From a virus, in IMG/VR virus record IMGVR_UViG_3300005739_000002, positions 1-64,000 of that record: a stretch of 64,000 bases of DNA; one strand, written 5' to 3'. The notes under the pieces were generated by a model. It saw only the letters and a list, made by a program, of their open reading frames with translations. It had not been told where the DNA came from and searched no databases. The position numbers were made by a program, and so were the translations under genes. Shown piece after piece: positions 1-8,207 of the stretch; within the stretch, counting starts at the first letter, position 1; each line of letters opens with the position of its first letter.

Positions 1-59
1 CAGCGCCTCCAGCAGCGCCTCCAGCAGCGCCTCCAGCAGCGCCTCCAGCAGCGCCTCCA
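1..59 (+). repeat. 12-bp coding tandem repeat CCAGCAGCGCCT (Pro-Ala-Ala-Pro), about 5 copies, truncated by the window edge
   Basis: Directly visible perfect tandem repeat. Confidence 0.95.
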
Positions 60-323
60 TCCTGTTCACCTTTAGCTGGCGATGAGTGTTTCTGCGCTGG
101 CTGTTGCGGAGGTAGCGGTCGCCTAGCCAGAAGGAACTGTTCTGGAGGGTGCCCTTGTGGAACTTGTCCACCTTGTACTCCAACACCACCACCTCCACCA
201 CCACCTCCACCACCACCGCCAACAGGTGGCTCAACACCTCCAACCACGCCACCACCTTCTGGTGGATGTAATCCTGGGTGTCGAGATGCACGTGGACGTT
301 GTAGATGTTCTGGAGGATTATAA
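1..323 (+). CDS. C-terminal fragment of a Pro-rich, Cys-rich protein (5' end lies outside the window; missed by ORF track)
   Basis: Frame starting at nt 3 is open to TAA 321-323: (APPA)n-SCSPLAGDECFCAGCCGGSGRLARRNCSGGCPCGTCPPCTPT-polyP-TGGSTPPTTPPPSGGCNPGCRDARGRCRCSGGL; 14 Cys. Confidence 0.85.
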   Translation, partial: APPAAPPAAPPAAPPAAPPSCSPLAGDECFCAGCCGGSGRLARRNCSGGCPCGTCPPCTPTPPPPPPPPPPPPTGGSTPPTTPPPSGGCNPGCRDARGRCRCSGGL

Positions 324-347
324 AATCAACTATGATAGGATATATAA

Positions 348-653
348 ATGGATAATGACCTACCACAAGGCAGTGATTTAGCGCAAGCAACTCATAAGTT
401 TGCCTTTATCGTAGACGGAGATGTATTTGGGGTTGTTTCTTTAGATATAAGAAATCCTTTTGATGTCAATGATGTAGAAAAACGTTGCATAGCAGGATTA
501 TCTTCTGACCCTAAAGTCATACCTATAGAAGTGAATAGTCCTGTGGTATTTGGGTGGACCTATGATGCTGAAAAAAACGCCTTTTATCCTCCAGTCACTC
601 CTCTTCCTCCTGTAGAGTTCACACCTCTACCAGAACAGGACGTGATTGAATGA
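348..653 (+). CDS. hypothetical protein, resembles small fibre-associated/chaperone proteins
   Basis: FAFIVDGDV...GWTYD...FYPP pattern typical of small genes that follow phage fibre genes. Confidence 0.5.
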   Translation: MDNDLPQGSDLAQATHKFAFIVDGDVFGVVSLDIRNPFDVNDVEKRCIAGLSSDPKVIPIEVNSPVVFGWTYDAEKNAFYPPVTPLPPVEFTPLPEQDVIE

Positions 654-916
654 GCGAAGAAAAGCCTGTAAACGCTTGGCAAGCGTGGAAAAAGAACCTT
701 GGTGAATCCAGACCTTGGCATTTATTTGACCCAGTTCAAAGAGTGTCAGAGGATTTAGCAGCTAAAAGATACGACCTTTGCAAAGGCTGTGAGCACTTTA
801 TCAAGGCAACTACGCAGTGCACTAAGTGCGGTTGTATTATGAAGGCTAAAACTTTGTTAAAGAATGCGGAGTGTCCAATAGGAAAATGGGGACAAGACCT
901 GACACCATCTTTGTAA
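650..916 (+). CDS. small Cys-rich metal-binding protein (DUF6171-like)
   Basis: RYDLCKGC...QCTKCGCIM..K......CPIGKW motif. Confidence 0.65.
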   Translation: MSEEKPVNAWQAWKKNLGESRPWHLFDPVQRVSEDLAAKRYDLCKGCEHFIKATTQCTKCGCIMKAKTLLKNAECPIGKWGQDLTPSL

Positions 917-1827
917 CAATTGCTTGTTATAGGGACCCCGTTATCCAATCTACTATAGACGACCTATTATCTAAAGCAGATAACCCCTATAGAATAACTG
1001 TAGGGGTATTTCTGCAGCAAAAATCACACGAAAACCTTATTACTGAAACCTATGGTAATAGGGTAAGAGTAGACGTCCAAGAACCTGGAAAAATATTTAG
1101 TGTGACCGCCTGTAGAAATAGAGCCGTGTGTCTTATAGATGACGAAGATTATGTCTTACAGATAGATTCTCACACCAGGTTTGACCGTGGTTGGGATACA
1201 AAACTACTTAATTTGCATAAATCTTTAAACAATAAAAAAGCGTTATTAAGTATTTATTTACCAGATTGGTATTATGCAGAAGGTAGAGTAGAAGCCTTTA
1301 CAATAAGAAGTGATGAGTTTGCTAGTTTTTCATTTAACACACAAAAAAGTGAAGAAGTTTTTTATGAGTTTAACGAACTTGTTCCTATGCCTGTTGACAG
1401 CTTGCTTGCAAATGGCAAAAAAACATTATTAAGTTGGTATTTGTGTGGGCATTTTATATTTGGACCACGTGACTTTTTTACTAAAATCCCTCAACCAGAG
1501 TGGGTTGGGTTTTGGGGTGAAGAGGTGATAAATAGCGTAAGAGCGTATACGGCAGGGTGGGATGTATACAACCCAGCAAATCCGCCTTTATACCATTTAA
1601 ACGAAGGACGTAGCGTTAATTGGTCTAGACAAAAACTGTGGAACGATTATCCTGCCGAACATGTGGCAAAAAGAGAATCTACTACCTACAGAATTATAAA
1701 CACAATATATAACAATACTGTAGGTGAGGAAGACCTTTTTGATGTTAGGCCATTAAAAGGTTTGTATGACATAATTGGCTACAACCTTGGCGAACTATTC
1801 TATGGATGGTATAAAAATGGAAATTGA
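886..1827 (+). CDS. GlcNAc transferase, Skp1-hydroxyproline GlcNAc-transferase (Gnt1/GT60)-like, GT-A fold
   Basis: TIFVTIACYRDP, LQIDSHTRFDRGWD (DxH), GHFIF, FWGEE, RAYTAGWDVYNP..LYH motifs; ATG at 886 preferred. Confidence 0.8.
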   Translation: MGTRPDTIFVTIACYRDPVIQSTIDDLLSKADNPYRITVGVFLQQKSHENLITETYGNRVRVDVQEPGKIFSVTACRNRAVCLIDDEDYVLQIDSHTRFDRGWDTKLLNLHKSLNNKKALLSIYLPDWYYAEGRVEAFTIRSDEFASFSFNTQKSEEVFYEFNELVPMPVDSLLANGKKTLLSWYLCGHFIFGPRDFFTKIPQPEWVGFWGEEVINSVRAYTAGWDVYNPANPPLYHLNEGRSVNWSRQKLWNDYPAEHVAKRESTTYRIINTIYNNTVGEEDLFDVRPLKGLYDIIGYNLGELFYGWYKNGN

Positions 1828-2533
1828 GTTTTATCACGTATTTCCTAAAGGAAAAAGGTTACCGATAGAGCAAAGCCCTGTAGACAGGGAGTGGATGAAT
1901 CAGCTAATTGAATCCTATGCCTATAGGTGTCTTCCTATGACATACGCATCCCGACATGGGTGGTGCATTCGTGCGCCAGAAGATATACAGGTTGTGTGGA
2001 ACGGGGGATACGAAGCCAAGTCAACTACTTTTATCTGTGGAACATCCAATTTTGCTAATGGTGGAACTGGTAATGGTGTCGTAACCTTTCATTTAAACGC
2101 TATACCTAGAACATCTCCAGAATGGAACCTATGGTTTATGGGAGCGCCTAACCTAGTAATACCTGGCGCTACCCCTTTATCTGGAATAGTTGAGAGCGAC
2201 TGGATATACATATCTCCAACCATGAATTGGAAAATTACCGAGGTTAACAAGGTGGTCACTTTTAAAAAAGGAGACCCCGTTCTATTTTTTATACCAATAC
2301 ACAAAACCCAATTGGAAGAATTTAAGCTAATACATAAAGATATTCAGGATGACCCTGAGATAGCCCGTCATTACGAGGAGTTCCAGGCCTATAGACAAAA
2401 AAACGATGCCGAAGGTAAGAGCTCATTTACAAGAGATTACTTAAGAGGCGTCAGGTATGACAAAACTAAGCCTGACCACCCCTACCACCATAAGACCAAA
2501 CTAAACCTGCATGCCCCCAATCCAAATGAGTAG
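1817..2533 (+). CDS. DUF6065-like protein
   Basis: AYRCLPM..A..HGW, G.G.VTFH, G.PN....GATPLSGIVESDW, MNWKIT, VTFKKGDP motifs. Confidence 0.7.
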   Translation: MEIEFYHVFPKGKRLPIEQSPVDREWMNQLIESYAYRCLPMTYASRHGWCIRAPEDIQVVWNGGYEAKSTTFICGTSNFANGGTGNGVVTFHLNAIPRTSPEWNLWFMGAPNLVIPGATPLSGIVESDWIYISPTMNWKITEVNKVVTFKKGDPVLFFIPIHKTQLEEFKLIHKDIQDDPEIARHYEEFQAYRQKNDAEGKSSFTRDYLRGVRYDKTKPDHPYHHKTKLNLHAPNPNE

Positions 2534-2536
2534 AGG

Positions 2537-2565
2537 CTGACAGTACCCAAGTTCTCTTAGACAAT
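2537..2565 (+). promoter_or_regulatory. putative late promoter CTGACA-N17-GACAAT
   Basis: Same bipartite motif and spacing as at 8140 and 10753. Confidence 0.65.
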
Positions 2566-2621
2566 AGTACCCAACGCCCCCGATATCAGGCGTTATTACC
2601 ACTCTAGAGAATAGGTACAAA

Positions 2622-3593
2622 ATGTCAGTAGACTCTTCAGGTCGACAGGCAGTCGATTTTGTATGGGGCAACATGCCCATGCACCCAAACGACGACCGTG
2701 CAGCGACCATTACAAACACAGGCGGTTCAACAGGCGACTACGGCTGGTCACAGACCACCAAAGTAGCCAGCGCTCGCCTAGATGCGGCACTTGATAACCA
2801 CGTAAATGTGGAATCAGGCTGGGCAGGTTATCCATCATTTCTAAAGGCAGCAGGTAACTACATTGTTACTTCAGCTGAAGGAAACGGAACAACTGTTACA
2901 TACACAGCTTTTAACTTCCTTGCCCCAGGCGATGTTGTAAATATCACTGGTCTTACAGCTTCTGCATACAATCTCTCAAGCGCAACTGTTGCCACAGCTA
3001 ACCAGCAGCGCTTTACAGTTACCAATGCAGCTAATGCAGGCCTTATTACAGGTCAGCGCGGCAAGGTAGAGAGCACAACCGCTCTAACAGCATACGACGG
3101 CGTAGGCAGTGGAAACATCATTGTTCCTAACGTACTAGGTACAACCACCGCATTTGCTGTTGACGCCCTTCGTGATGCAGGCTATGAATTGGCTAACATC
3201 ACCACAGCAGCTGGTGCTACTAACACACGCACCGACATCACCCGCTTCAACGCTACCAGCGCTACTGCGGCTGTTGTTTACGCGACTAGCGCACACACCA
3301 ATTACCCAACAGGTACTAAGATTACAATCGTTGCAGGAACTCCAGCTGGCGAAAGCCCAGTTAACCTTCCAGCATACGCACTTGGCACTTGGACCGTCAC
3401 AGGCTCTGCAGGCGCAGGTCAGATTACAATCTCTGGCTCAGGCTTCACAGTAGCCGATACGACTGGGGTAAATGCTACTGGAACTCTCGGTGGAGCCAAC
3501 GGCACCATCAGAACCCAGAGCACTGCAGCTAACGCTGCTGGTGTTGCTACAACTGCAACCATTACTATCACCCCATGGGCTAACGCTTCTTAA
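2622..3593 (+). CDS. Thr/Ala-rich putative virion surface protein with a PASTA-like domain interrupted by a beta-rich insert
   Basis: IVPNVLG.T...AVDALRDAGY (PASTA N-half) and GTIRTQS.AA (PASTA C-half); highly-expressed codon style. Confidence 0.55.
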   Translation: MSVDSSGRQAVDFVWGNMPMHPNDDRAATITNTGGSTGDYGWSQTTKVASARLDAALDNHVNVESGWAGYPSFLKAAGNYIVTSAEGNGTTVTYTAFNFLAPGDVVNITGLTASAYNLSSATVATANQQRFTVTNAANAGLITGQRGKVESTTALTAYDGVGSGNIIVPNVLGTTTAFAVDALRDAGYELANITTAAGATNTRTDITRFNATSATAAVVYATSAHTNYPTGTKITIVAGTPAGESPVNLPAYALGTWTVTGSAGAGQITISGSGFTVADTTGVNATGTLGGANGTIRTQSTAANAAGVATTATITITPWANAS

Positions 3594-3605
3594 TAGCGGC
3601 CCAAT

Positions 3606-3640
3606 AAAAAAGCCCCCTGCTGGTTTGCAGGGGGCTTTTT
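3606..3640. terminator. bidirectional intrinsic terminator
   Basis: AAAAAA-GCCCCCTGC-loop-GCAGGGGGC-TTTTT between convergent genes. Confidence 0.9.
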
Positions 3641-3650
3641 ACTTTAAAGG

Positions 3651-4199
3651 TTATATTGTCGGGAACTCCTTATAGAAGTTCTCGAATCTTTCTCCGTTAA
3701 TCTGGTTTGGATACACTTTCCAGGAAGACCAGTCTTTTCCACCGTTAGTCATGTGAAACGCTATCTGAGCGTTTCTTACGGGGTCAAAGAGTTCCTTGTT
3801 ATTTAGTAGGTTAAATTTTTCTCGCCTATCAATACCCAGGTCACCTAACATGTTGATTTGGAAGATTCCATAAGAGTCATCTCCCGTGCCGATATCGTCG
3901 TTGTGGGCTTTAGGACGGCCGTTGGATTCTTTCATCGCAACAGCCCAAGCAGTCCTGAGGGCCTTTCCCTCAAATCCAACTGCTTGAAGCAATTCTTTCA
4001 GCTCTACCTTGTCTAAGGACTTAGCGTCTCTGAAATCAGCTAGCGGGTCTTTTGGCGCTTCAACAGTGACTGTAGCTCCGTCTGTGGTTTGGTCTGCCCA
4101 TGCATTTACAGCAAAGGGAGCCCCACCAATTAGGAGTACGTACACTGCCATTACAGCAATTACCTCTAGCTTGGTTTGCTCTTTTCTGATATTAAGCAT
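3651..4199 (-). CDS. secreted/membrane-anchored lysozyme-like lytic transglycosylase (SLT/Rpf-like)
   Basis: N-terminal hydrophobic segment; AMKESNG (catalytic Glu), DSYGIFQIN, FDPVRNA, DWSSW; SD GAGGAG before ATG 4199; only minus-strand gene. Confidence 0.8.
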   Translation of the reverse strand: MLNIRKEQTKLEVIAVMAVYVLLIGGAPFAVNAWADQTTDGATVTVEAPKDPLADFRDAKSLDKVELKELLQAVGFEGKALRTAWAVAMKESNGRPKAHNDDIGTGDDSYGIFQINMLGDLGIDRREKFNLLNNKELFDPVRNAQIAFHMTNGGKDWSSWKVYPNQINGERFENFYKEFPTI

Positions 4200-4418
4200 T
4201 TTATTGCTCCTCTCAGTAGTGGCAAAAGGCTCCATTGCTGGAGCCTTTCAGGTATTAGACTGCCACAGTGTTACAGCCAAGGTCAAGTTCAAATAAATAT
4301 ATTTTTTATACTGTGACAAAATCGTTATTTTAGTATGTACTATACATACGTATTTCCGCATTTTATTTGCGTATCGGACAAAACATATCTATAATCTATA
4401 TTAGAAAGAAGTTTAGAT

Positions 4419-4664
4419 ATGTCAATTGTTGAATGGGCTGCAGTACTCTCAGGATTCGCAGCTTTTGGAGCTTCAATAATCGCAGCTACGTCCTGGATAT
4501 TGAAGTCCTATTTAAAGAATTATGTCCATGAGTTGAAGCCCAATGGAGGCTCCTCGATGAAGGACACTATCAACAAGATTCACACGGAATTGACAGACCT
4601 AAGGGTATCGGTGGCTCGCCTAGAGGGCCGTTTTGACCAACACCTATCCTCTCAAGAAAAATAG
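4419..4664 (+). CDS. membrane protein, lysis-cassette type (TM + coiled coil)
   Basis: N-terminal TM helix and ELKPNGGSSMKD motif common in actinophage lysis-region proteins. Confidence 0.6.
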   Translation: MSIVEWAAVLSGFAAFGASIIAATSWILKSYLKNYVHELKPNGGSSMKDTINKIHTELTDLRVSVARLEGRFDQHLSSQEK

Positions 4665-4712
4665 TAGTACTATTCTCCTAACCCCCTAATCACATGGGGT
4701 AAAAGGAGAAAC

Positions 4713-4907
4713 ATGAACAAAGAGCAATTAATCGCTGCGGCAGGGTCTTATATCCGCGCTGCGCTAGCTTCAGTAGTAGCTCTATATATGGCAGGTCAGA
4801 CAGACCCATCAGTGCTTGTTAACGCATTTGTTGCTGGTCTTGTCGGTCCTCTAGCCAAGGCGCTAAATCCTAAGGATAAGGCGTACGGAATCGGAGCTTC
4901 CAAGTAA
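4713..4907 (+). CDS. putative holin
   Basis: 64 aa, two hydrophobic helices, LNPKDKAYG C-terminus, strong SD AAGGAG. Confidence 0.65.
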   Translation: MNKEQLIAAAGSYIRAALASVVALYMAGQTDPSVLVNAFVAGLVGPLAKALNPKDKAYGIGASK

Positions 4908-4912
4908 AATGG

Positions 4913-4944
4913 TGGGAGGGCGGCAAACCGCCCTCCCATTATTA
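4913..4944 (+). terminator. hairpin/terminator after holin
   Basis: TGGGAGGGCGG-CAAA-CCGCCCTCCCA followed by TTATT. Confidence 0.7.
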
Positions 4945-4957
4945 TTAGGAGGACTCC

Positions 4958-5176
4958 GTGGCAACAAAAGCCAAGTGTGATAATTGTGAAAAAGATGCTC
5001 TATATACCTGTGCAGACCCTGGAGTAAATCCTGTTAATTACTGCGCGACATGCTTGCCTCACTGGTTGCAGTCTCGCGCTGATAGTGGCCACTTCCCTCT
5101 TGTAGAAGCTATTGAAGAGAAGCCTGCTAAAAAGAAAAAAGAAGAACCTAAAGAAGAGGAACCTAAGACCGAGTAA
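4958..5176 (+). CDS. small zinc-finger protein with charged tail
   Basis: CDNC...CATC motifs; SD AGGAGG. Confidence 0.6.
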   Translation: MATKAKCDNCEKDALYTCADPGVNPVNYCATCLPHWLQSRADSGHFPLVEAIEEKPAKKKKEEPKEEEPKTE

Positions 5177-5442
5177 TGTTTGACGAGCCAATCTACGCTG
5201 CACGTGTAGAAAGACGACAGGCCGTACAAACTCACCCAGTTCCTAAAAAGGTTACGCCACCTCAAGGACCCTTTCCAGCAGAGATGTTTGCTGAACCTGA
5301 GATTATTAATAAACCTGAAACTTCTGAGTTTGAGCCTGGAGCTACAGTGCAAAACAACTTTAAACCAGAAAAATACCTACGTTGTGCTCGTTGTTTAGTT
5401 AGGGTGCGCGAAGCTGAAACTGAGGACCATATCTGTGGCTAA
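5176..5442 (+). CDS. hypothetical protein with C-terminal CxxC...HxC zinc knuckle
   Basis: CARC...EDHIC; translational coupling. Confidence 0.55.
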   Translation: MFDEPIYAARVERRQAVQTHPVPKKVTPPQGPFPAEMFAEPEIINKPETSEFEPGATVQNNFKPEKYLRCARCLVRVREAETEDHICG

Positions 5443-5926
5443 ACGTAGGTCTGATAGGTATTACGAAAATACAGGTGACAAAGCCAATCGCATACTAAAC
5501 CTAGCTTTAGGTATGGCGGAAAAAATTGGTGTCGAGGCGCCCGTTGACAGCAGATTTTCAGTAGCTGTACCTGCAGAAGGATTTAAGCAGCAAGCGGCTA
5601 ATACAACCAACCCAATTCGCCCAAGAGCAAAGGCTGTTGGTTATAACTTTGACAATAGGTCTTTGTATGTAGTCTTTAGAGATGGCACATGGTGGGAATA
5701 CCGAAATTGCCCCGTATCTCATTATGAAAATTTAAAAAGCACAGATTCTACGGGTAAGTATCTAGCGTCTAGCGGATTAGATACGTGGCCAGATATGGGT
5801 CCTGCAAATTTAGATGATATTACAGATGAAAGAAAAGAGCGCCTCACATATGCGGCCGAGGCTTCTGCTAGACTTCAACAGACATTAATTTTAGAAGATG
5901 ATGAGACCCAGCTCCGAGGACAATAA
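5435..5926 (+). CDS. KTSC domain protein
   Basis: AVGYNFDNRSLYVVFRDG..WEYRNCP...YENL....STGKY matches the KTSC pattern. Confidence 0.7.
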   Translation: MAKRRSDRYYENTGDKANRILNLALGMAEKIGVEAPVDSRFSVAVPAEGFKQQAANTTNPIRPRAKAVGYNFDNRSLYVVFRDGTWWEYRNCPVSHYENLKSTDSTGKYLASSGLDTWPDMGPANLDDITDERKERLTYAAEASARLQQTLILEDDETQLRGQ

Positions 5927-6216
5927 TGCATACATTCGGACCACTATATGTTGGAAAACTAAGGTATTGGCATAAAAAAGCCCTGCCTGTAATTGAGGTA
6001 GGTTCTACCCAAGAAACAGAGTACCCGTATCGTAAAGGTAAATGCCTGGTATTTAGAACGCCTTTTACAGAGCCTGGTTACTACTTAGGGGTGTTTTACA
6101 GCAAGCCTAAAGTGTCGCCTGATGACGACGAGGCTATTGATAGGCTATTCTTAGACGCTATGAAAGGTAGAAAAGCCTGGGCACCTGAGGATGGTAAATA
6201 TGATGAGTTTTTTTAA
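5926..6216 (+). CDS. hypothetical protein
   Basis: Coupled ORF (TAATG). Confidence 0.6.
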   Translation: MHTFGPLYVGKLRYWHKKALPVIEVGSTQETEYPYRKGKCLVFRTPFTEPGYYLGVFYSKPKVSPDDDEAIDRLFLDAMKGRKAWAPEDGKYDEFF

Positions 6217-6442
6217 GAAGAAACCTTGGGATAAGCCCTTCTCAGAAAAAGTAGCAAAAAGAGTGTCTAGAATACCCACTGGTGAATTAGAACAGTGGAT
6301 TGACCAAGCTTTGACTGAAGTTGGTAAATGCGTAAGTATGTATACTAAAACTAGAGATGTTTTATATTTAGATGAGGCTGTAAAAGGGGCAGAGGCTGTT
6401 CATGCCGTCACCCACGAATTGCACCAACGCATGACTCGCTGA
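6200..6442 (+). CDS. hypothetical helical protein
   Basis: Overlapping ORF in operon context. Confidence 0.55.
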   Translation: MMSFFKKKPWDKPFSEKVAKRVSRIPTGELEQWIDQALTEVGKCVSMYTKTRDVLYLDEAVKGAEAVHAVTHELHQRMTR

Positions 6443-6454
6443 TATACTATTCCT

Positions 6455-6521
6455 GCCTCTCTCTTCAACCTCCGTGTGATGGTCGAATGCCCTGTGCTTA
6501 CCAGCACAGGGTTTTCGTTTT
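6455..6521 (+). ncRNA. candidate ~67-nt pyrimidine-rich small RNA with its own promoter and terminator
   Basis: Extended -10 TGnTATACT (6440-6448); C/U-rich 5' part containing ACCTCC; hairpin CCCTGTGCT/AGCACAGGG + TTTTCGTTTT; no ORF. Confidence 0.5.
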
Positions 6522-6540
6522 ACTCTAGAATAGCCCTATT

Positions 6541-8130
6541 ATGGACAACAACAATGTGTTAGAAGAAGATGACGATGAGTTCCTTCCCGAAATCCCAGAG
6601 GAAGAAGAAACCCCTGAGGACATAGAGATTGAGCTGGATGAGCTATCCGCTGCATTTGTAAAAAAATTAACTGACCGTTGCATCCAGTTTATGGATGCTC
6701 TAGTAGGTCACACTCTTCACCCATATCAAATGCCTTTGGCACGCCGTATTATTGAATCTGTATTAATAAATGACGGTGAAGAAATAACTGCGTTAGCCGC
6801 ACGTCAATCAGGTAAATCTGAAACAATTGCTAATACCGTAGCAACGCTAATGGTTCTATTGCCGCGCCTTGCAAAAATGTATCCAGACTTGCTATCGAGA
6901 TTTAAAGATGGTCTATGGGTTGGCATGTTTGCTCCTGTTGAAGGTCAGGTAGAAACCTTATTTGGTAGAACAGTAAACAGGCTCACCAGCGAAAGAGCGC
7001 AAGAGATTTTAGGTGACCCAGAAATTGACGATTCTCTAGGTAAGGTCCCTGGCGTCACACGACAGATAAAGTTAAAAAATTCAGGCAGTAGCCTTATGAT
7101 GATGACCGCTAACCCACGTGCAAAGATTGAGTCTAAATCTTTCCACCTTATTGTTATTGATGAGTGTCAAGAGGCTGACGACTTTGTTGTAACTAAGTCT
7201 ATCTCCCCTATGCTTGCATATTACTCAGGTACTATGGTTAAAACTGGCACACCAACTACATCTAAAAACAACTTCTATCGTTCTATACAGATAAACAAAA
7301 GAAGACAGACTGGTAGGGGTAGAAGGCAAAATCATTTTGAATGGGACTACAAAGATGTGTCTAAAGTCAACCCTAATTATGAAAAATTCATACGTAAAGA
7401 AAAGCTTCGCATTGGTGAGGACTCAGACGAGTTCCAAATGTCATACTGCTGTAAATGGTTGCTTGAGCGCGGCATGTTCGTTACTTCCGCAGTTATGGAC
7501 GACCTAGGCGATACCTCTCAACAGGTTGTAAAAGCATGGCATCGTTCTCCAGTTGTTGTTGGTATTGACCCAGCTCGTAAATTAGACTCTACAGTTGTAA
7601 CAGTAGTTTGGGTAGATTGGGACCGTCCAGACGAATTCGGTTACTTTGACCACCGTGTCCTAGATTGGCTGGAACTACAAGGCGATGACTGGGAAGACCA
7701 ATATTTTCAAATCGTTAACTTCCTTAGTGGTTACGACGTACTTTCTGTTGGCGTTGACGCTAACGGCGTGGGTGATGCGGTTGCACAAAGACTCAAACTC
7801 CTCCTCCCAAGAGCAGAAGTACATGCCCTAGGCAGTAGCCAACCTGAACAATCGAGACGATGGAAACATCTAAAAGCTTTAATTGACCGACGCATGGTTG
7901 GATGGCCAGCGCACGCCAAGACCAGGCAACTACGTAGATGGAAGCGCTTCTATCAACAAATGGTGGACCTAGAGACCAAATTTACTGGCCCTAACTTTTT
8001 AGCCCATGCACCAGAAGAAGCCCACGCCCACGATGACTACGCGGACTCTTTGGCTATAGCTTGTTACTTGACGCTTGACCTAACTATGCCCTCTGTTGAG
8101 GTTTCTACCTCTCCGTTCTTTAGTAGATAG
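6541..8130 (+). CDS. terL: terminase large subunit
   Basis: HPYQ, Walker A ARQSGKS, Walker B LIVIDE, GTP coupling motif, nuclease VGIDPA...HDDYADS. Confidence 0.92.
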   Translation: MDNNNVLEEDDDEFLPEIPEEEETPEDIEIELDELSAAFVKKLTDRCIQFMDALVGHTLHPYQMPLARRIIESVLINDGEEITALAARQSGKSETIANTVATLMVLLPRLAKMYPDLLSRFKDGLWVGMFAPVEGQVETLFGRTVNRLTSERAQEILGDPEIDDSLGKVPGVTRQIKLKNSGSSLMMMTANPRAKIESKSFHLIVIDECQEADDFVVTKSISPMLAYYSGTMVKTGTPTTSKNNFYRSIQINKRRQTGRGRRQNHFEWDYKDVSKVNPNYEKFIRKEKLRIGEDSDEFQMSYCCKWLLERGMFVTSAVMDDLGDTSQQVVKAWHRSPVVVGIDPARKLDSTVVTVVWVDWDRPDEFGYFDHRVLDWLELQGDDWEDQYFQIVNFLSGYDVLSVGVDANGVGDAVAQRLKLLLPRAEVHALGSSQPEQSRRWKHLKALIDRRMVGWPAHAKTRQLRRWKRFYQQMVDLETKFTGPNFLAHAPEEAHAHDDYADSLAIACYLTLDLTMPSVEVSTSPFFSR

Positions 8131-8139
8131 TCGTTTAGC

Positions 8140-8168
8140 CTGACTTTACGCCCAATACGTAGGACACT
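8140..8168 (+). promoter_or_regulatory. putative late promoter CTGACT-N17-GACACT
   Basis: Second copy of the bipartite motif. Confidence 0.65.
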
Positions 8169-8207
8169 TTTACACGAGGTCCTCAACCTTTAATAAGGAG
8201 TATAAAA

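Noticed and set aside
1-59. Tandem repeat as a possible CRISPR or VNTR element
   Set aside because: 12-bp in-frame coding repeat with no spacers; no CRISPR array seen anywhere in the window.
157-381. His-rich 74-aa ORF in the track
   Set aside because: Alternative-frame reading of the poly-Pro (CCA) codons of the real gene ending at 323.
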